NCBI GenBank assembly: GCA_035517955.1
Contig: DATIYC010000066.1
Coordinates: 1-58,690, forward strand
Length of the DNA: 58,690 nt
DNA from: Candidatus Acidiferrales bacterium
Lineage (GTDB): Archaea > Thermoproteota > Bathyarchaeia > 40CM-2-53-6
Direction of reading: 5' to 3'
Shown here: one piece after another, positions 53,478 through 58,690 of the stretch
Layout: every line of letters starts with the position of its first letter
How positions within the stretch are numbered: position 1 is the first letter of the stretch
Notes under the pieces: generated by a model
Told to the model about the DNA's origin: nothing
What the model saw: only the letters and a program-made list of their open reading frames with translations
The model's database searches: none
Program-made: the position numbers and the translations under genes

Positions 53478-53631
53478 TAGTATTGCGCAGACAAGTAATC
53501 ATTGAGTTCAATCAACGAGAAGCAACGCAACCTGAAGAATGCGGTTCGTGAGAGTACCTGGTGAATGGTTAAGAGTGACGCGTTTAAGCTCCCGTAAAGC
53601 TTACCAAACTTTGCTTGTAGGAGTAGTTGCG

Positions 53632-54117
53632 GTGCGAGTAGAGCAGACTATTAGTTTCAAGCTTAACGGACAGCCCGTATCCGTGAGTTGCCCCCCTGCG
53701 TATACTCTACTCGAGGTTCTGCGAGACCAACTCCATGTCACAGGCCCTAAGGAGGATTGCGCGAAGGGAGAGTGCGGCGCGTGCACCGTGATTATGAATG
53801 GCGTTCCAGTATGTTCATGCCTCGTTCTTATTTCGCAGGCGGACGGATCTGAGGTCGTCACTTCCGAGGGGCTAGTTAAAGATGGTAAATTGAACCCAGT
53901 TCAGGAAGCGTTTCTTGAGGAGGGGGCCGTGCAGTGCGGGCACTGTATCCCCGGCATGATAGTCTCCGCTACAGCGCTTCTCATGCGAAACTCTAACCCA
54001 TCAACAGACGAAATCAGAACAGCGCTTTCAGGGAATCTTTGCAGATGTACGGGTTACACGAAGATAATCGCCGCGGTTCAGAGAGCCGCGAACAATTGGA
54101 GTCACCAGAAGCCATGA
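53632..54117 (+). CDS. Xanthine dehydrogenase/CO dehydrogenase family, [2Fe-2S] small subunit
   Basis: FKLNGQPV..., CAKGECGACTV and CGHC.PG....CRCTGY motifs. The track ORF starts at 53539, but GTG 53632 fits the usual N-terminus better. Confidence 0.88.
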   Translation: MRVEQTISFKLNGQPVSVSCPPAYTLLEVLRDQLHVTGPKEDCAKGECGACTVIMNGVPVCSCLVLISQADGSEVVTSEGLVKDGKLNPVQEAFLEEGAVQCGHCIPGMIVSATALLMRNSNPSTDEIRTALSGNLCRCTGYTKIIAAVQRAANNWSHQKP

Positions 54118-54998
54118 TGCGATACGAAATAGAAGTGATAACGCCGAGGATTCTAGCCGAGGCGTTGAACATATTGGCCAAGAATGAACCTGGAACCAGG
54201 ATTGTAGCCGGCGGCTCAGACGTTATTGTCCAATTGAGGGACGGGGTATTGCGGGCGAAAAAGCTTCTAAACATTCTACCATTGAAGGAATTGAGGTTTA
54301 TCAGAAGCGATCGTGATACCGTTCACATTGGTTCACTTGCAACGTATAGTGACATCGTGCATTCTCCGATAACTCAAGATCATGCTTGGCCCTTGGTTGA
54401 GGCGGCTAAACAAATAGGAGCAGTCCAACTCCAGAACACAGCCACGCTGGGAGGTAATTTGGGAAACGCCTCACCCGCAGGCGACAGCATACCCTCGCTG
54501 TATGCACTTGATGCAACTGTCTCGACACGAAGCCGAGATGGCACACGCAAAATTCCTATCGAGCAGTTTTTTCAAAGCTATCGAAAAATAGACCTCAAAC
54601 CTGACGAATTGATCGAGGAAGTTTACTTCAAGGGATTAGGGAACAGGGACCGAGGTTGTTACGTCAAGCTGGGCTTGCGAGATGCTAATGCAATCTCCAT
54701 CGTAGACGTTGCTGTTGTATTACGGGATGAAAGAGAGGATAAATCGTTCAAAGAAGCCAGAGTTGCTTTGGGAGCAGTGGCACCAACAATCCGACGTTCC
54801 CGAAGATGCGAAGAAACACTTGAATCGATTCCGCTGACTCCTGACCTCTTAAAGAAAGCAGCAAACTTGGTCGCTGACGATGTCTCTCCGATAGACGATA
54901 TTCGAGGATCAGCCGAATACAGGAAAGAAGTTGTAGTCTCAATCACCTACGAAGCCCTTTATCGAGCCGTTTACGCGGAGGAGGAACATCGTGGATAG
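54114..54998 (+). CDS. XDH/CODH family FAD-binding medium subunit
   Basis: VAGGSDVIVQLRDG, ATLGGNLGNASPAGD and the C-terminal IDDIRGSAEYR. The ATGA start/stop overlaps the small subunit gene. Confidence 0.85.
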   Translation: MMRYEIEVITPRILAEALNILAKNEPGTRIVAGGSDVIVQLRDGVLRAKKLLNILPLKELRFIRSDRDTVHIGSLATYSDIVHSPITQDHAWPLVEAAKQIGAVQLQNTATLGGNLGNASPAGDSIPSLYALDATVSTRSRDGTRKIPIEQFFQSYRKIDLKPDELIEEVYFKGLGNRDRGCYVKLGLRDANAISIVDVAVVLRDEREDKSFKEARVALGAVAPTIRRSRRCEETLESIPLTPDLLKKAANLVADDVSPIDDIRGSAEYRKEVVVSITYEALYRAVYAEEEHRG

Positions 54999-55230
54999 AT
55001 TCGTCCACGTCAGAGTGAAGGTTTTCGGCGCACCATCTTTCGCGCTTGAAGGCAAGGAGCTTACTGTAGAGTTGAAGGAAAACGCTACTACTGATGACCT
55101 GTTAAGAACAATTCAAGTCAAAGACCCGAGCTACCTCTACGTTGTGCGTGAAGGAATCCGACTAAACGGATCCTCCAAGCTCAATGACGGCGACGAGATA
55201 CTTGTAGTTCCGCCGATCGCGGGAGGTTAA
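54991..55230 (+). CDS. MoaD/ThiS-family ubiquitin-like protein ending in Gly-Gly
   Basis: 79 aa ending ...LNDGDEILVVPPIAGG* (MoaD consensus dGDEvaffPPvsGG). The GTG start overlaps the FAD-subunit stop. Confidence 0.75.
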   Translation: MDRFVHVRVKVFGAPSFALEGKELTVELKENATTDDLLRTIQVKDPSYLYVVREGIRLNGSSKLNDGDEILVVPPIAGG

Positions 55231-57554
55231 TTGGTACGACAGAAACACTGACAACAAAAGAATTCTCACTGAAATGGGTCGGTAAACCGATTCGACGAAA
55301 AGACGGGGAAGGCAAAGTCACCGGCCAAACGAAATTCTTCTCAGATATGAAACTGCCAAACATGCTCTACGCCAAGGTTAAACGCAGCAAATACCCGCAT
55401 GCCCTGATTAAGAGCATCGATACGAAGCGAGCAGAGACTGCTCCAGGCGTAGTTGCAGTGCTTACATACAAGGATGTTCCGGCAACCAACGGATTTGGAA
55501 TTCTCATCCCTGACCAGCCGGTACTCTGCTGGGAAAAAGTGAGGTACATGGGAGACGCGGTGGCAGTAGTTGCCGCCGAAACCCCAGAGGCGGCCGAAGA
55601 AGCTACCAACCTGGTAGAGGTCGAGTACTCACCACTTCCTGTAATATCGGAACCGCTTGAAGCCATGAAGCACGACGCTCCTAAAGTCCATGAAAAGGGC
55701 AACATTCTACGACACTCTCGAGTAACTGTAGGGAATGTGGATGAGGCATTCCGAAACGCTGCCTTCGTGGTTGAGAACACGTACAGAACGGGCCGGCAGA
55801 TGCACATGTATCTTGAAACCGAGGCGGGAGTTGGAATGCTTGACGAGAACGGAAAACTTGTTCTCTACTCGGGTGGCCAGTCACCCTACAGGGACCAGAT
55901 GCAAATTTCACGGGCACTGGGCATCAAAGCTGAGGATATTCGGGTTATCTCCACACCAGTAGGAGGTGCATTTGGAGGAAAGGAGGAGAATACCGTCCAA
56001 ATTCACCTCGCCCTCCTAGTAACGAAAACAAAACGTCCTGTAAAAATGGTTTGGAGTAGGGAGGAATCTGGCTCCGCTGGAATGAAGCGCCACCCAATGG
56101 TCGTAACTATGAAAACTGCCGCGGACCAAGAAGGACGGCTGGTGGCGAACCAAGTTCGAATTCTTGCCGACACTGGGGCATATGCATCCCTCGGTCCTAC
56201 AGTTCTGGACGTTGCGATTGAGAATTCATGTGGACCGTACCGTATTCCCAACGTAGACATCGACGCCTACTCGGTGTATACAAACAACGGGGTTGCAGGT
56301 GCTTTCCGCGGCTTCGGCTCCCCTCAAGTAAATTTCGCTTTAGAGTCGAACATAGACATTCTAGCGGAAAAACTACACATAGATAGATTGGAAATACGGA
56401 AGAAGAACGTGGTTCGTAAGGGAGACACTGGACCCCTCGGCCAGAAATTACAAGATAGCGTAGGCATTTATGAAACACTTCAGAAAGCCGAGAGTTCGGA
56501 CCTCTGGAATAATCGAGAAAAATACAAGGCACAAACCTCGGCACCATGGTGTAAACGCGGAATCGCCGTCTCGACCGCGGTCAAAGGATTCGGTTTTGGA
56601 GCTCTCCCAGACTTCGCTGCAGCCTCGATCCAGATTACCCCAACGGGAAAATTCGTGGTTGGCGTCAGCTGCCCAGAAATTGGCCAAGGCGCAATAACGG
56701 CATACGCGCAAATTGCCGCGGAAGCACTACATTGCGACATTGCAGACGTTTACATCGCCTCAGCCGATTCTGGCCTCGCACCTGACTCAGGCACCTCGTC
56801 TGCATCAATGGGATTAGTGAGAGGGGGCAACGCCATACTAACAACCGCTCCTAAAATGAATGAGCTATTGCTCGAAACAGCAAGCAAGATAATAGCAGAA
56901 CAGAAGGCCGATCTCGAATTCCAGGAATCACAAATCATTAGCAAAAGAAACCCAAAGAAGACTGTAAACTACATTGACATAGCGCAGTATCTTTACAACT
57001 CAAGTTCAGAGACCAGAATCGTTGCTGGGTACAACGTTCCTCGAGCCGACAAACCGGTGGAGGGAAGCATCGAAATTCCCCACTTGGCCTACATGTACGG
57101 CACGGCCATCGCCCTAGTGGAAGTCGATACTTTGACGGGATCAACGAAAGTGCTCAAGTTCTTTCTCTCGACAGACTCAGGCAAGATGATCAACCCTCAA
57201 TCATACACAGGCCAATGCGAGGGTGCTATAGTTCAGGGACTGGGATTCGCCTTAACTGAAGAAACACAAATCAATGAGGGCATAACCAAAACAAACAACT
57301 TCACAACATACATCATTCCAACAATCTGCGATGTCCCGGAGATTCAAATTGACCCTGTAGAAACGTACGAGAAAGTCGGTCCGTTCGGCGCCAAAGGATT
57401 AGGAGAAATAGGAATAATCCCCGTCGGATCTGCCGTAGCCAACGCAATATACGACGCCACCGGAGAAAGGGTCTTCACCCTACCTGCCACACCAGAGCGA
57501 GTATACAAGGCTATGAATGAGAGGAGAAACAGTGCCACCAAAAGTAACCGTTAG
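55230..57554 (+). CDS. XDH/aldehyde oxidoreductase family molybdopterin-binding large subunit (5' end uncertain, no canonical start)
   Basis: Family motifs are GGAFGGKE and AKGLGE. The conserved N-terminus KWVGKPIRRKDGEGKVTGQTKFFSDM is encoded at 55272-55349, upstream of the first ATG (55347). The frame is open from 55188 with no ATG/GTG/TTG, so ATT 55230 is a tentative start. Confidence 0.88.
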   Translation: MGTTETLTTKEFSLKWVGKPIRRKDGEGKVTGQTKFFSDMKLPNMLYAKVKRSKYPHALIKSIDTKRAETAPGVVAVLTYKDVPATNGFGILIPDQPVLCWEKVRYMGDAVAVVAAETPEAAEEATNLVEVEYSPLPVISEPLEAMKHDAPKVHEKGNILRHSRVTVGNVDEAFRNAAFVVENTYRTGRQMHMYLETEAGVGMLDENGKLVLYSGGQSPYRDQMQISRALGIKAEDIRVISTPVGGAFGGKEENTVQIHLALLVTKTKRPVKMVWSREESGSAGMKRHPMVVTMKTAADQEGRLVANQVRILADTGAYASLGPTVLDVAIENSCGPYRIPNVDIDAYSVYTNNGVAGAFRGFGSPQVNFALESNIDILAEKLHIDRLEIRKKNVVRKGDTGPLGQKLQDSVGIYETLQKAESSDLWNNREKYKAQTSAPWCKRGIAVSTAVKGFGFGALPDFAAASIQITPTGKFVVGVSCPEIGQGAITAYAQIAAEALHCDIADVYIASADSGLAPDSGTSSASMGLVRGGNAILTTAPKMNELLLETASKIIAEQKADLEFQESQIISKRNPKKTVNYIDIAQYLYNSSSETRIVAGYNVPRADKPVEGSIEIPHLAYMYGTAIALVEVDTLTGSTKVLKFFLSTDSGKMINPQSYTGQCEGAIVQGLGFALTEETQINEGITKTNNFTTYIIPTICDVPEIQIDPVETYEKVGPFGAKGLGEIGIIPVGSAVANAIYDATGERVFTLPATPERVYKAMNERRNSATKSNR

Positions 57555-57807
57555 ACTGTTTCATGAATTAAGAGAAAGCCTTGGCCAAAGCCAACTGGAA
57601 GTCGAGGCTGACACACTTGGAGACGTCGTAGCTTCCCTTATTTCGAAAAAAGATTCAGTAAGAGACTTAATCTTTGATTCCCGTGGTAAAATTCGGACGT
57701 ATACGACGGTTTACATCAATAACGCAGCTCAAACTCCCCCTGAATTCTCGAGGAAACTAAATGACGGAGACATAATCCTACTTGTTCCTACTGCCGCGGG
57801 CGGATGA
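57532..57807 (+). CDS. Second MoaD/ThiS-family ubiquitin-like protein ending in Gly-Gly
   Basis: It ends ...LNDGDIILLVPTAAGG*. It overlaps the large-subunit 3' end. GTG 57532 or ATG 57517 could be the start. Confidence 0.7.
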   Translation: MPPKVTVRLFHELRESLGQSQLEVEADTLGDVVASLISKKDSVRDLIFDSRGKIRTYTTVYINNAAQTPPEFSRKLNDGDIILLVPTAAGG

Positions 57808-57829
57808 AAAATAGTTGCGACGATTTGAC

Positions 57830-58690
57830 ATGTACGTCCCAATGAATCAGATGGACCTTCTCCATTACATCAACGAACACCAGACCGGCGTACAACTAAT
57901 AGCGAACGGAAGCGACCTCATCAACCGGATCCAGCGTCGGCAAGTGAATCCGAAAGTGCTTGTCGACCTGACTGGGCTTACGGAATTGAGTTATGTCGAG
58001 AAGGAAAATGGTACCTTCAAAATAGGAGCAATGACAACAATAGCTGAACTTATAGCATCACCACTCTTTGACTCAAAATACGAAGCCATAAGAGAAGTGG
58101 CAAGAAAGTTTGGTGGCCCATCCATTGTCAATGTTGCAACGGTTGGAGGAAACGTGTGCTCTGCGTCTTCCTCAGAAGATCTGTTACCGTTGCTGTTAGT
58201 GCTTGACGCACAGGTTCGAACCCGGAGCGTAAAGGGAGACCGCGTAGTGCGGCTAGAGGATTTTCTCAAAGGAAAACGCATGGTTGACTTAAGCCCTAAC
58301 GAAATAATGGTAGAGGCAACGTTCTCAGATATTGATCAGAATGCTAGGTGCGCCTTTGAGAAGGTCGGCATGAGAAACTCTCTCATAACGGCTTTCGTCA
58401 ACTGCGCGATTTATTTGAAACTTGCAACGAAAACAAATCGAATCGAGGACATTCGAATAGCATTCAACCGAGTCAACGGTAAGATCCCGGCCCGCGCTAA
58501 GAATACGGAAGAAAAGATGCGAGATAAGCCACTTGATCATAAGCGCCTGACAATGTCGATCGACGCGTTAAGAAACGAACTTCGGCTCACGTCGGACTTT
58601 AGAGCCTCACAAGAATACAGGATGGAGGTTGCATGTGCACTATTCAAGAGAACGCTTACCAGGTGCGTAGATGGGTTGACTGGAGAGAAG
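57830..58690 (+). CDS. Second XDH/CODH-family FAD-binding subunit, 3'-truncated by the window end (absent from the ORF track)
   Basis: From ATG 57830 the frame is open for 287 codons to the last base. Motifs are IANGSDLINRIQ, ATVGGNVCSASSSEDL and SDFRASQEYR. Confidence 0.75.
   Translation, partial: MYVPMNQMDLLHYINEHQTGVQLIANGSDLINRIQRRQVNPKVLVDLTGLTELSYVEKENGTFKIGAMTTIAELIASPLFDSKYEAIREVARKFGGPSIVNVATVGGNVCSASSSEDLLPLLLVLDAQVRTRSVKGDRVVRLEDFLKGKRMVDLSPNEIMVEATFSDIDQNARCAFEKVGMRNSLITAFVNCAIYLKLATKTNRIEDIRIAFNRVNGKIPARAKNTEEKMRDKPLDHKRLTMSIDALRNELRLTSDFRASQEYRMEVACALFKRTLTRCVDGLTGEK

Noticed and set aside
55188-55230. Programmed -1 frameshift fusing the MoaD-like protein to the Mo subunit
   Set aside because: The frames are compatible with a -1 shift. 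However, the overlap window (CGGCGACGAGATACTTGTAGTTCCGCCGATCGCGGGAGGTTAA) contains no X-XXY-YYZ slippery heptamer or obvious downstream stimulatory structure. It is kept only as a minor alternative in the start-codon finding.
57991-58540. Two minus-strand ORFs (96 aa and 71 aa) listed in the track
   Set aside because: They are antisense to a 287-codon open + strand frame with clear FAD-subunit motifs.
1-58690. CRISPR arrays, IS elements, integrases, toxin-antitoxin or known defence modules
   Set aside because: I scanned the intergenic regions and the ORF list. There are no regularly spaced direct repeats, no transposase, integrase or Cas-like proteins, and no terminal inverted repeats flanking any segment.

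Overview
This window is an archaeal chromosomal segment. The evidence is aEF-1beta, FEN1, CDC48, an AglH-like GPT, ArfA/ArfB/ArfC-type riboflavin enzymes, an F420-type LLM oxidoreductase, and tRNAs with non-canonical introns. My inference is an uncultivated TACK/Thermoproteota-like lineage such as Bathyarchaeia. Coding density is about 90% and I saw no CRISPR array, IS element or integrase.

Layout:
- 75-493: two divergent intron-containing tRNAs.
- 927-6040: a tightly packed riboflavin operon (ribH, arfA, amidohydrolase, arfC, arfB, ribE) followed by ubiX.
- 7.4-14.3 kb: a nucleotide-sugar and glycosylation cluster with TrmB-type regulators.
- 14.6-27.6 kb: housekeeping genes (Trm112, RidA, LarC, a 969-aa surface protein, Trm5, PCMT, FEN1, a Zn-ribbon protein plus aEF-1beta, CDC48).
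- 27.6-32.8 kb: a GGR-like flavoprotein next to EtfAB and a membrane FeS oxidoreductase.
- 37.4-58.7 kb: a nitrogen-heterocycle (purine-type) catabolic island. It holds a carbamate kinase flanked by two divergent YgeW-like carbamoyltransferases, PLP enzymes, an aminotransferase, COG0402 and adenine-deaminase amidohydrolases, an isochorismatase-like hydrolase, a permease and an F420-type oxidoreductase. It also holds a xanthine-dehydrogenase-family enzyme whose Mo subunit is bracketed by two MoaD/ThiS-like GG-terminal proteins, and a second FAD subunit that runs off the window end.

The most interesting candidates are:
1. The archaeal carbamoyl-phosphate/ATP-yielding purine-type fermentation island.
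2. The amidohydrolase inside the riboflavin operon, as a candidate for the unassigned archaeal pyrimidine deaminase step.
3. The MoaD-like pair, together with the lack of a canonical start codon for the Mo subunit.

All protein calls rest on by-eye motif recognition. No database search was run.
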